DNA of 64,000 bases from a virus: IMG/VR virus record IMGVR_UViG_3300025087_000048, positions 30,224 to 94,223 of that record, one strand, 5' to 3'. The notes under the pieces were generated by a model that was not told the origin of the DNA, did not search any database, and saw only the letters and a program-made list of their open reading frames with translations. Position numbers and translations under genes: made by a program. Below are positions 28,579 through 37,312 of the stretch, piece after piece (the stretch's first letter is position 1; the number at the start of each line of letters is the position of its first letter).

Positions 28579-30537
28579 TTAACTTGGTGACTCCTGTTGA
28601 TCTGACAGAGCCGTCGCTCCAGCCCCCAGTCCAATTGCTGACGGAGCAAACTGCCACAGAGGCTGACCCTTCGTCAGTATATCCTTCCGCATCTGCGGCG
28701 TAATTGGCAGATAGTGAATTTGAGCCATATTTGCACTCCTGGATGCTTGCTCTTTCAAGTAGGTGATTGCCTGTTTAATCTCCTTAAATGCTTCCTGCTT
28801 TGTCTTATACGGCCGCTCCAAAAACCGGAACACACGCAATACCGACTGATGATCTAATCCTGTATGCTCTAATTCTTTACGAAAAGTTGTTTCCATTCGT
28901 ACCACATACCCGGAACGTTGCTCACTCCGTGTCAACGGACGACCTTTTGCTTCCGCATATTGTGGAAATAATGTTGCAATCGCCTTCCCTTCTCGTCCAC
29001 TGTCAGAAAGCACATAATACGCATCTTCATAACCTGGCAATTGGCCCCGATCAAACATATGGGCTTCCGTTACATTTTTCAGCGCCAACTTCGAAGGGTC
29101 TACCATAAATTCTCCAGACGTAGAAATATCACGATCCTGAACCTTCACCCCCCACTTCTTCGCATAATTATTTGCAGTATTCGGCAATATTTCATCGTAG
29201 AACCTCCGCATCCCCTTCCCACCCAGCTGAATCTCTTCCCCCTCAAGCAGCCCCACATTTCCAACACCACGAAAGAGCACCCGTGGATTCGTTGCCTCAA
29301 GCTTATTGACCCCCTCACCAGCAAGAATCTTCTTTGCCGCGGATGCCCCAACCCACGATGAAAGATCCTTCGGATCTATTCCGCCAAACTCCTGACCTTG
29401 TGCGTACAAAGCGTACCCATTTGGCGTCTTCTCCCAACGTAATGTTCCAACTCGTTCGGATAATGATGCATATCGCCTCAACTGCTGATCGCCAGTGGTC
29501 CACCCGATGCCATCATACCCACGAGCCACCGCATCATTCAGCATTTTCTTGATTGACAACTCAGGCCATGATTTCTCGAAGGGACCAACAGGAAGCGCCC
29601 CGCCAAATTCAGGCCGATATGCCTTTGACAATTGTGCAAGTCGTTCCATTGCGTTCACGTATTGATCGTATAAATTTTTATAAACATCCCCGTATTTTCT
29701 GTCCCATTCAGGATCATTAAGAGACAGCCGTGAATATGCGCTTGCATGCTCTACTTCACGCATTTTAGAAAATAGCGTCTTCACATCCTTTCCCAATTTA
29801 GTTTTAGCCTCTTCCAATTTAATCTTTTCCTCTGCAACACGTGGCCCAATCTCCCGTGGAATGTATCCCATCCCACCTTCTTCTTTCATTGCTCGTGCCT
29901 TCTGATGCCAGTCAGACTGAATCTCTTCGCCAAACAACACCTTCTCCCCAGTGGGAAGCTGCCGATCCGTCGTCCGCATATGAAATACCGTATTCGAAGA
30001 ATAATGCCCCTCCACATCTTGGAGATAGGGTTGAACAATCTTTGGATATTGCTCCTGAATTTGTTCTTTCCCGATACGCACTGGAATCTCCCGATATGCT
30101 TTCCCCCCGGGCAGTTGATAATCGGGATTTTGAAACAATGCACTTGGCAAACTCCTATGTTCAACAACGCGTTCCGGTTCAAAAAGAACAGCACGTTCAC
30201 CTGTCGCGGATATCGGACCTTCCTGTATGATTCGCGGATGTTCCAATTTTGCCAGCCGGGGCGTTGCCTCCAAGGACGGAGATCGTTCCTGGACATACCT
30301 CAGTACATCCGGTTTCATATATTGCTGTTTCGGATCGAGAAACCGTGAGAGTCCAATCCACTCTGCTTCAGCAGGCTTCGCCCCTTGGGCAATTCCGAGC
30401 ACCTGTTGGCCAGAGGCCCGCTGTGGCATCTTCTCTGTGAGCAACTGTGCTAATTTCGAAAAGAACCCTCCACCTTCCCTTTCGAATATCCCAGGGACTT
30501 GCTGCGTCCAAAATGGACGAAAAGACGGCACTGGCAT
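28579..30537 (-). CDS. phage polyvalent/ejection-type protein with EEIQSDWHQ domain
   Basis: LPGG..YRE, H.R.TDR, EEIQSDWHQ, PF...W..L..K, GYD.I.WT.G.QQ, G...FYD..LP, ITP.MR....GQPL. Confidence 0.65.
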   Translation of the reverse strand: MPVPSFRPFWTQQVPGIFEREGGGFFSKLAQLLTEKMPQRASGQQVLGIAQGAKPAEAEWIGLSRFLDPKQQYMKPDVLRYVQERSPSLEATPRLAKLEHPRIIQEGPISATGERAVLFEPERVVEHRSLPSALFQNPDYQLPGGKAYREIPVRIGKEQIQEQYPKIVQPYLQDVEGHYSSNTVFHMRTTDRQLPTGEKVLFGEEIQSDWHQKARAMKEEGGMGYIPREIGPRVAEEKIKLEEAKTKLGKDVKTLFSKMREVEHASAYSRLSLNDPEWDRKYGDVYKNLYDQYVNAMERLAQLSKAYRPEFGGALPVGPFEKSWPELSIKKMLNDAVARGYDGIGWTTGDQQLRRYASLSERVGTLRWEKTPNGYALYAQGQEFGGIDPKDLSSWVGASAAKKILAGEGVNKLEATNPRVLFRGVGNVGLLEGEEIQLGGKGMRRFYDEILPNTANNYAKKWGVKVQDRDISTSGEFMVDPSKLALKNVTEAHMFDRGQLPGYEDAYYVLSDSGREGKAIATLFPQYAEAKGRPLTRSEQRSGYVVRMETTFRKELEHTGLDHQSVLRVFRFLERPYKTKQEAFKEIKQAITYLKEQASRSANMAQIHYLPITPQMRKDILTKGQPLWQFAPSAIGLGAGATALSDQQESPS

Positions 30538-30764
30538 TATCGAATCTCCCGCACCATCAAAATGCTACTCAAATACCGTGGCTCCTGCACACGCATCCCA
30601 CTCCGTTCAAAATACACATATCCAAAATATTCCAATTCCTCCGGAGTCAGCATCCCGTGTGATCCACGGGTGTTCGCCCACCTGAATTCCCGGCTGTAGG
30701 GCCTCTGGACGCCTCCAGGTACGGACTTCTCCGCCTGGGCAATGCCCGGATACCCCTCGATCAT
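30537..30764 (-). CDS. hypothetical protein
   Basis: Coupled to neighbouring genes. Confidence 0.45.
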   Translation of the reverse strand: MIEGYPGIAQAEKSVPGGVQRPYSREFRWANTRGSHGMLTPEELEYFGYVYFERSGMRVQEPRYLSSILMVREIR

Positions 30765-30765
30765 G

Positions 30766-31572
30766 TTAGGACCCACGCTGAGACCCTCGGCGGGACATGA
30801 GATTCAATTCTCGAGCAAATGAGGCCAGACGCTCTGGATGCTGTGACTGTGTTTTCCACGCTGAAAGATAGAGCAGCGGATCGTTCATCGCCTCCCGGAG
30901 CATCTGACGGGACTGATATTCGGTCATCATTTCGGACAAGGCCCGCCAGATCGGTTCCTGCGGGCGATACATCCCGTACATCTGTTGCAGATCAGGGAAC
31001 TCTGTCACCGCATGTTGAATTTGTTCCAATGATTGGTCCATGGGCATCCCAGCGTTCACCACTTGCTGTGGGGACATCGACCCTGGAATCCCCGAGGGGA
31101 ACCGTTGCGTCGCCAAATCGGCATGTCGCCCTTCGTGTAATAACGTCCCAGACGCTTCTAAATCATCCTGAGACAACCGACGCATTGACGGGCGATCCAA
31201 CCCCAGATGGAGTGATCTCCCTTTCGTGGCAATATCCGGACGAGAGAGGCGCATGAGATCCATGGCCTCATATTCACTGGGACGAAGCTTTTTCATCGGG
31301 AGGGATTCAACCGTTCCCATAAACCCTCGAGCACTGAATTCAGGGGCTTGCGGGCGGAGGAACACTGGCGTCGCAGCCTGTTCAATCCGCCCCGCCATCT
31401 CCGGAGCAAGATTGAACAGTTTTCGCTTGAGGAGCGCCCCTCCGCGACCGACTGGAATGAGCGCGGCAAGGACGGCAGGAACGAGAAGGGCAGCCAACTG
31501 AGCAAGGGGATCAGTCTGTTGTCGTGGGGCCGGAGCCTCACCCTGCTGATCCCCCTGGTCAAATTGAGCCAT
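30766..31572 (-). CDS. zincin-like (HExxH) protein
   Basis: GTLLHEGRHA with a downstream Glu; N-terminal hydrophobic helix. Confidence 0.6.
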   Translation of the reverse strand: MAQFDQGDQQGEAPAPRQQTDPLAQLAALLVPAVLAALIPVGRGGALLKRKLFNLAPEMAGRIEQAATPVFLRPQAPEFSARGFMGTVESLPMKKLRPSEYEAMDLMRLSRPDIATKGRSLHLGLDRPSMRRLSQDDLEASGTLLHEGRHADLATQRFPSGIPGSMSPQQVVNAGMPMDQSLEQIQHAVTEFPDLQQMYGMYRPQEPIWRALSEMMTEYQSRQMLREAMNDPLLYLSAWKTQSQHPERLASFARELNLMSRRGSQRGS

Positions 31573-31613
31573 GCTAAAACATACTCAAGAGGCAGTCTAC
31601 CACAGAGCAAACA

Positions 31614-31757
31614 TCACGACTCCCACTTGATGGGACCACGCGTATGCTGGCCCGGATGGCCCTGAGCCCGCTGGCACTGATACTCAATCGCCGTTTTTCC
31701 CTCTGCTCGTTCTACCGTCGATGCCTGACACCGCGTTTCCTTTCGAGGTCGAGTCAT
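31614..31757 (-). CDS. small Zn-binding protein (C...C...GH.G.H...W)
   Basis: Not in the ORF track. SD AGGAGGTG; MTRPRKETRC...QCQRAQGHPGQHTRGPIKWES. Confidence 0.55.
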   Translation of the reverse strand: MTRPRKETRCQASTVERAEGKTAIEYQCQRAQGHPGQHTRGPIKWES

Positions 31758-31771
31758 GTTGTCACCTCCTT

Positions 31772-32257
31772 TTAGAAATATTTGATTGATCCATCACTGA
31801 GAAGATACGTTCCTGATGCGGCATTTTGAAGCTGTCCCAAAGACCAGTTCACCTGCCCTTGACCCTGGGGTGTTGCTGTTCCCAATCCAGTGAATGACCC
31901 GATAATGCTCCCCCCGACATTTGATGTTGAGAACGTGCCGAGCGAATGACTAGAACCGTAACGAATATTCAATCCGAGCGTCTCCAGTTTTTGTGGAGTA
32001 ATCGGACTAATCTGATCTGCTTTCTTGTTTTTCTCATGGCGTTCTTTGATCTTGTCAAGGTGTCCTGCACGTAAATCATCCAGATCCCGCTTGATCAGTT
32101 GGGCTGTTTCCACCGCCTCTTTCCGTGTTTTTTCTGCTTTATGCAACGCTTCCAGAGCCTGTTTCACCAATACTTTTACTTCATCCACCCGATCTTTCTT
32201 CAGAGCTTTGACGGCTTCTCGATAGGCTTCCTGATTGTCCTTCGCTGACATTTCCAT
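31772..32257 (-). CDS. coiled-coil hypothetical protein
   Basis: K/E-rich helix plus Gly/Ser-rich tail. Confidence 0.55.
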   Translation of the reverse strand: MEMSAKDNQEAYREAVKALKKDRVDEVKVLVKQALEALHKAEKTRKEAVETAQLIKRDLDDLRAGHLDKIKERHEKNKKADQISPITPQKLETLGLNIRYGSSHSLGTFSTSNVGGSIIGSFTGLGTATPQGQGQVNWSLGQLQNAASGTYLLSDGSIKYF

Positions 32258-32305
32258 CTTCGCCCCTTTCCCACGCATTATGGGAGGCGTGGACTTCGAT
32301 TTATG

Positions 32306-32382
32306 TGGTCAGGGTAGGAGGCTTTGATCCTCCGACCCCCGCGCCCCAGACGCGGTGCGCTCCCAGGCTGCGCCATACCCTG
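32306..32382 (-). tRNA. tRNA-Pro (TGG), atypical
   Basis: Cloverleaf CAGGGTA/TACCCTG, GCGC/GCGC, CCGCG-TCTGGGG-CGCGG, GGAGG-ATCAAAG-CCTCC, ACCA. Confidence 0.85.
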
Positions 32383-32463
32383 ATCCAACATGGGCCTATA
32401 GAAACACATGAAAACGAATAAGTCAAGGAATTTTTCCACGGGATCTACAGGGCAATAATACAG

Positions 32464-32904
32464 TTAAATACCGCCTCGATCCAACGTACCAATATCCAGC
32501 ACGGCATGCAACAATTCATGCCAGTAGACTTCCCACTGTCGTTGTTTTGTCAAGCTCTTGTCGATGTAAATCGTTCGTTCTGTATCTACCCACGCACCAG
32601 CAGAAGCTCTGCGTATATGCTTATACATGTAGTTTCTACTTGAGTTCTTACTTGCTGTAGCCCAAAGGGCTACATGGTTGTTGCCTATAACAACTCTGTT
32701 TCTGTTTATACTTGTTGGGGCCCGTAGGGCCCCTGCATGTTGTTTTTGCTTGCTGTTGTTCAGAAGACGAGCTTTGCTCTTGCTTCTTTGAAGAGCTTTT
32801 GATTCGTTTGTAATACTTGCTAATTCCGTGGGTGTTACAAGCTTTACGTGTAGTACATAGCCTCTGCCTATGTTCTTTCTCTTGGGAAGCTTATGGTATT
32901 TCAT
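32464..32904 (-). CDS. small ImmA/IrrE-like zincin metallopeptidase with internal insertion
   Basis: RTIYIDKSL...EVYWHELLHAVLD. Confidence 0.65.
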   Translation of the reverse strand: MKYHKLPKRKNIGRGYVLHVKLVTPTELASITNESKALQRSKSKARLLNNSKQKQHAGALRAPTSINRNRVVIGNNHVALWATASKNSSRNYMYKHIRRASAGAWVDTERTIYIDKSLTKQRQWEVYWHELLHAVLDIGTLDRGGI

Positions 32905-33211
32905 ATGTGTTTTGCTCCTGTTCTTGCTTTGTTTTAGATTCTAGTTCTTGTATATAATATGTATGTATATTGCCTTGCCCTACTTGTATTCTACTGTTTT
33001 GCTGCTGTAGATATTCATATACTTGTATACGAGCTCTATCCCCCGGGCAATATTTCATCTCAATGACCTGTTCAAGACTTTGATTTGGTACTACTCGACC
33101 CTCAATCGGCGTGGTGAAGAGGGCAAAGGCCGTGCACACCAGCCAGGCAGCACCCCCGAATATGCCACTGTGCGGCCCACAAATGCCCCAGGATCGACGT
33201 TTCCACCCCAT
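32891..33211 (-). CDS. hypothetical membrane/secreted protein
   Basis: Hydrophobic N-terminus; coupled to the next gene. Confidence 0.4.
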   Translation of the reverse strand: MGWKRRSWGICGPHSGIFGGAAWLVCTAFALFTTPIEGRVVPNQSLEQVIEMKYCPGDRARIQVYEYLQQQNSRIQVGQGNIHTYYIQELESKTKQEQEQNTYEIP

Positions 33212-33384
33212 CCCGCTATCTCCCTATTGCCAGCCTGTCGATCGTTGATCCTGGAGGCTCCTGGAGATTATCCCGATCTCCCAAGGATGAACCCAATATA
33301 CCAGCAGATTCCACCGGCAATCAAAATTATGGCAGCCATGCCTTGGAAGGTGCAGAGCATAGCTCGTACATACGCGCGTTGTTA

Positions 33385-33894
33385 TTACGAGTCAATAGTG
33401 GCAGTTCTTACGGTTGTATCCTGCGCTGAATATTCATGGGGGCAACGGCCATGGAGATGTCGTGGTCCAGTATCTTTGGCCTTATGGCAGTTAAAACATA
33501 GGATCTGGAATCCATCTGGATATTGATGTTGCTTGAGCCAGCGTCCAATATGTTGGCGGACCATCCAAGATGTTCGACGGTGTTCCCCACCCCCACCTTT
33601 GATATGGTCAAACGTTAAAAATACAGGTTCTGTTTCGCCACAGCAAACGCATTGTCCACCATAGATTTGAAGTGTTTCAAGTTTTATTGTCCAATCCGTG
33701 GATGGTTTTCCTCCTTGACGTTTATATCGTGCCTCGTTTTGTGCATCACATAGTCGGCAATAGGCTCGAAATCCAGCTGAAGAAAGTCCACGTTTCCAAT
33801 TTTCTATTGTGAGGGCTAAATATCTATTGCATTTTGGACATGTTTTCATATCGCCGGGGAGTAGTCCTCGTTGTGTGTACACTCTCGGGACCAT
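33385..33894 (-). CDS. HNH-type endonuclease with Zn fingers
   Basis: KTCPKC...CRLC; YGGQCVCCGE...LTFDHI...FQILCFNCH..K; SD GGAGG. Confidence 0.85.
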   Translation of the reverse strand: MVPRVYTQRGLLPGDMKTCPKCNRYLALTIENWKRGLSSAGFRAYCRLCDAQNEARYKRQGGKPSTDWTIKLETLQIYGGQCVCCGETEPVFLTFDHIKGGGGEHRRTSWMVRQHIGRWLKQHQYPDGFQILCFNCHKAKDTGPRHLHGRCPHEYSAQDTTVRTATIDS

Positions 33895-34000
33895 GGTTCT
33901 TCCTCCTGCTTGGTAGTCTATCACAATGTTCCCTCAGGTGACTCCTCTCTCCTCATGGTGTGAATAGTTCAATATCGCCCTGGGGAGCAACCCAGGGGAG

Positions 34001-34148
34001 AAGCCTTAAAGCTTTAGAAGCTTAAAAGCTTATAAGCTCTAGAAGCTTTAGAAACCATGTTTTGTTTCCAGGAAAAGCTTCTATAGTATATCTGGAAACA
34101 AAACATAGAAGCTTTACTGCTTAAAGCTTATAAGCCTTAGAAGCATAT
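34001..34148. repeat. array of about 11 degenerate AAGCTT(T/A)A-type 8-9-mers around a 15-bp inverted repeat, next to an AT-rich tract
   Basis: Units at 34001, 34009, 34018, 34026, 34034, 34043, 34075, 34109, 34124, 34132, 34141; IR ATGTTTTGTTTCCAG 34057-34071 / CTGGAAACAAAACAT 34092-34106. Confidence 0.8.
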
Positions 34149-34327
34149 AAACAGTATAAACAGTAGTTGTTATATACTTATATGCTTGATTGTGTAATAC
34201 GCGAATACTATACAGGGTTAACAGTGCAAATAACGCACAGGGGTACATGTAAGTAAGAAAACCATACTTATATATATACTATTAGTATATGTATATACAT
34301 ATATACATGCAAGGATGAATGGACAAC

Positions 34328-34354
34328 AAAAAACCCGCCAGACTTCGGCGGGTT
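34328..34354 (-). terminator. intrinsic terminator of 34412-35065
   Basis: Minus strand AACCCGCC-GAAGTCT-GGCGGG-TTTTTT. Confidence 0.85.
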
Positions 34355-34411
34355 CCTTGTTACGGAATGCAGGACGATATGAGTTAGAACGTGAGAATCA
34401 GAACAACAAAA

Positions 34412-35065
34412 CTACTTCGCGGCACTCAAAGCCTGCTTGCGCTCGTTGGCCGCGATCATGGCCCGCTTGCGAGCCATCTGATACAACTGCTCGATTTGCC
34501 CATCCGTCAACGCGCCAAGCAGCGCGTTCAAGACTTCATCTCCGATATCAGCATCCCCGAGCTTGCCCTCTCGGATCACCTGATTGACCCACTTCCCGTC
34601 CGCGTTCTTAACGGCCATACTGATTGACGGGCCCACCGCCCCAACGAGCGCGGCAGTCTGGCCGCGCTTCGCGCTTGCCAGCTTCTTCTTGTTTTCCTTC
34701 GCCCATCGCTGGGCACCCCGCCGGATGATCTCCAGTGCCGGACGGATACGGGCGTCAGATGGCTTCTTCGCACCGAGCAGAGCAGCCACAAACGTGTTGC
34801 CGGCCGATGCCATATTGCCGCCCCACTTCACGCCAAGCTCGGTTGCCAGGTTGACAACAGTCTCGCTGGCAATGGCGTTCTGCAAGTGAAACGCAAACTC
34901 GCCGTGCTTGACGTAGAACGTAGACACTGCCCGATCCCGTGCCGCGACAAATTCGAGGCCACACGCCACAGCATCCTTCACAACTGCCGCCGTGAACTTC
35001 CGCGCCTTCAAGAGAAACGCATCGGAAACGGCAGCGGCTACTTCGAGTAGCTTTACCTTTGGCAT
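34412..35065 (-). CDS. Ala/Lys-rich hypothetical protein, monocistronic early gene
   Basis: 217 aa; has its own promoter, SD AAGGGG and terminator. Confidence 0.7.
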   Translation of the reverse strand: MPKVKLLEVAAAVSDAFLLKARKFTAAVVKDAVACGLEFVAARDRAVSTFYVKHGEFAFHLQNAIASETVVNLATELGVKWGGNMASAGNTFVAALLGAKKPSDARIRPALEIIRRGAQRWAKENKKKLASAKRGQTAALVGAVGPSISMAVKNADGKWVNQVIREGKLGDADIGDEVLNALLGALTDGQIEQLYQMARKRAMIAANERKQALSAAK

Positions 35066-35101
35066 TGACAAACCCCTTGTGTTGGTTTGTCCTGCATCCC
35101 A

Positions 35102-35119
35102 TATTCAGTTTTCAAGTGC
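35102..35119 (-). promoter_or_regulatory. boxA-like antitermination signal
   Basis: GCACTTGAAAACTGAATA resembles the rrn leader/spacer boxA; lies between the promoter and the gene. Confidence 0.5.
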
Positions 35120-35154
35120 GACCACTTCAGGACGTGAATCCCTTATCTACCTCT

Positions 35155-35182
35155 ATCATACCACGTCAATACTGAAAGTCAA
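35155..35182 (-). promoter_or_regulatory. sigma70-type promoter (leftward)
   Basis: TTGACT-N16-TATGAT with extended TG. Confidence 0.75.
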
Positions 35183-35536
35183 GTGCTTTCTTTTCTTCAA
35201 TTCATACAGGCATGAATGCCAGGCTCGACTCTCGCCCGCGTATCCTCGCCCGATCATGTTCCTATTTTACCACGCAATATGCCTGATTGCGCCCGTATGT
35301 GAAACCTGACTATGCAAAATGGCCATCTTCGGGGATCGGTAGTGCCATGCCTGTGTACCGCGTGCTCTTGGCTCAGGCTGAACGATCGGCATGGACAGGC
35401 TATCTCACTATGTCTTGGGGTGGGATCGTCTCGCTCAGTGCCACTGTGGCCCGTATACAGGCTAATTCATGCGTGGGTAGCGTGCTCTTGTCACAACGGG
35501 TTTAGAGACCATGATAAACTGTGTACAAAATAACAC

Positions 35537-35564
35537 TTGACTTACACACTATTCGTGGTATAAT
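35537..35564 (+). promoter_or_regulatory. sigma70-type promoter (rightward)
   Basis: TTGACT-N16-TATAAT with extended TG. Confidence 0.85.
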
Positions 35565-35569
35565 ATAAG

Positions 35570-36506
35570 TAGGAGCATATATGCGGTTGGATGAAGGAAC
35601 CAGATGAATCCTTCGGGATCGGGTCCTCTCCACGGATGATGCTCCAAGATTGAATTCATGCTGGTGTGAATGCAATCGCTCTGGTGGGCCCCGGGCCCGT
35701 CGCCCAGATTGTGGCGACCCGATCACGCTCTCGGGAGAGAGAGTCAGGATGAACCGGACAAGCACGACGTCCGGAACGGAAGGCACCTGACGTGGGAATC
35801 GGGCAGAGACAAGACCGGAGCTGGGGCACCACGTAGCGACTGGTGTTCTGGAACATGCTCTGGAGCCTGCGTTAATCTGCGGGGCTGAGTGCCGTGATTC
35901 GCTTCACGACACACGCAGATAGTCGCTCCGCCGGGTATGACAACCGACAGCGGAGCGTGGTCCCAGGTGCCATATCACCGTAGATCGTACACGTACGGCG
36001 CACGGGGTGGCGTGAAAATACCAACTCCCATTCCCTTCCCACTCAAGGCTGGTCAGTTCAACAGCCGAGGGATGATCCTTCCGCTGACTCTCGGTGGTCA
36101 GTCGCTTCGCATCCGAGGAATGGATCAGGTATAAATACAATGGAAGTCGCCGATATTGTTATCATAATAACTCCGGCGATGGTCAGCAAATCAATAGATT
36201 AAATACCTGATGATTGATGCTGCCTGGGTGCGCGATTCTCTGGCGCACGTATCTCGTCAATACATGAGTGAATGATCACCATGCTCACAGAGGACATGTC
36301 ACTCCTGCTCACGACCCACATGACCGACTGCATTCCCAGTGCGGCTTACGCTGAACACCCGCACTCTATTGCAGCGGAATCCACATAATCCCCATGCCTT
36401 CGGGCGGGGATACCCACGGAACGGGTACGGATTGGGGATGTGCATTGACATGAGTCGGTGCAAACAACAGGCGGCAGGTTGCTTTCAAAGGACCTGCCGC
36501 CTTTTT
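35570..36506 (+). ncRNA. candidate large structured non-coding RNA (about 940 nt)
   Basis: Lies between a consensus promoter and an intrinsic terminator; no credible ORF; many nested stems and two cUUCGg tetraloops. Confidence 0.65.
36469..36506 (+). terminator. intrinsic terminator
   Basis: AGGCGGCAGGT / ACCTGCCGCCT 11-bp stem, then TTTT. Confidence 0.85.
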
Positions 36507-36546
36507 GCTATTCATCCACAGATGAATCAAAACAGGAGACTATCCC

Positions 36547-36702
36547 ATGGCACGAATCATCCGAGCCATCCGCAGCTGGTTCAGCTCATACGACGCCTCC
36601 GCCGTCTGGAACGACTGGAACACGGTCAAGGGACACGCAATGAAACGCGAGTGCTCCCGTCGCCTGCGCCAGCTGGAACGCGGGGTCATTCAGAAATTCT
36701 GA
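36547..36702 (+). CDS. small hypothetical protein
   Basis: Not in the ORF track. SD AGGAG; MARIIRAIRSWF...; TGATG coupling to the next ORF. Confidence 0.55.
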   Translation: MARIIRAIRSWFSSYDASAVWNDWNTVKGHAMKRECSRRLRQLERGVIQKF

Positions 36703-36860
36703 TGAAATCCACACGACGAACGCCTGAACCGGGCAATGTTTGGGTTCTCACTTGTGCACAGTGTGGACATCGTCTTTACGCTCATGAAACAAGCACAGGT
36801 TGCACACAATGTGCGTGTGACGGATTCAGGAATCCTGACAACGATGGAGTTGAGCCATGA
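36702..36860 (+). CDS. small Cys-rich Zn-finger protein
   Basis: CAQCGH...H....C..C.C..F. Confidence 0.5.
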   Translation: MKSTRRTPEPGNVWVLTCAQCGHRLYAHETSTGCTQCACDGFRNPDNDGVEP

Positions 36861-36964
36861 ACAGCCCGCTCGTTGGCATCGGTGTTGTTCTTGTCGGATG
36901 CACAATCTTTTATGCGCTCCTCGGCATGCTGATTCAATGGGGGACCGGATGAAAGGAGAAACGA

Positions 36965-37312
36965 ATGCCTGATCGGGATGGGTATCCGACCGAAGAGGAA
37001 TTGACGCGCATCCGTGAGTGGCCCATGGATGATCCACGCGGATGGCTCGCCTACATCAAGACCTGCTGGTGGGCCGCAGATTGGGGGTGGTCAGAACAGC
37101 ATACGTGGCCCGACCCTGGACCTGGATCGGTCACCGAGTATCACATCTCAACGGCGGGGTGGTCCGGAAACGAGGAGATCATCCGAGCCATGCGCGAGAA
37201 CCCCAATCTTCTCTGGAGTCAGACGTGGGAGAGCGTGCGTCGAGGTGGGCACTACGTGTTTGCTGTACCCGATGCTGTCGTGAGCGCCCAAGAAGGGGAA
37301 ACGGGAGAATAA
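36965..37312 (+). CDS. conserved-looking phage hypothetical protein
   Basis: DGYPTEEEL..I..W...ISTAGWSGNE.II.AM...W...RRGGHY; SD AAGGAG. Confidence 0.7.
   Translation: MPDRDGYPTEEELTRIREWPMDDPRGWLAYIKTCWWAADWGWSEQHTWPDPGPGSVTEYHISTAGWSGNEEIIRAMRENPNLLWSQTWESVRRGGHYVFAVPDAVVSAQEGETGE

Noticed and set aside
130-33500. Many plus-strand ORFs in the left arm (e.g. 15067-15987, 21780-22562, 9329-10066) and minus-strand ORFs in the right arm
   Set aside because: They are antisense shadows of well-supported genes, with no SD or motifs. The exception is HNH 45722-46372.
34001-34148. Possible CRISPR array
   Set aside because: Units are 8-9 bp, degenerate and abutting, with no unique spacers
36200-36230. 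CTGATGA as a hammerhead ribozyme core
   Set aside because: No correctly placed stem II and GAAA partner found
35570-36506. RNase P, tmRNA or group II intron identity; short ORFs 35670-35888, 35937-36134 and the 5' part of 36339-36860
   Set aside because: Lacks GAGGAAAGTCC, tRNA-like ends and domain V. The ORFs have no SD or protein-like features, and one runs through the terminator.
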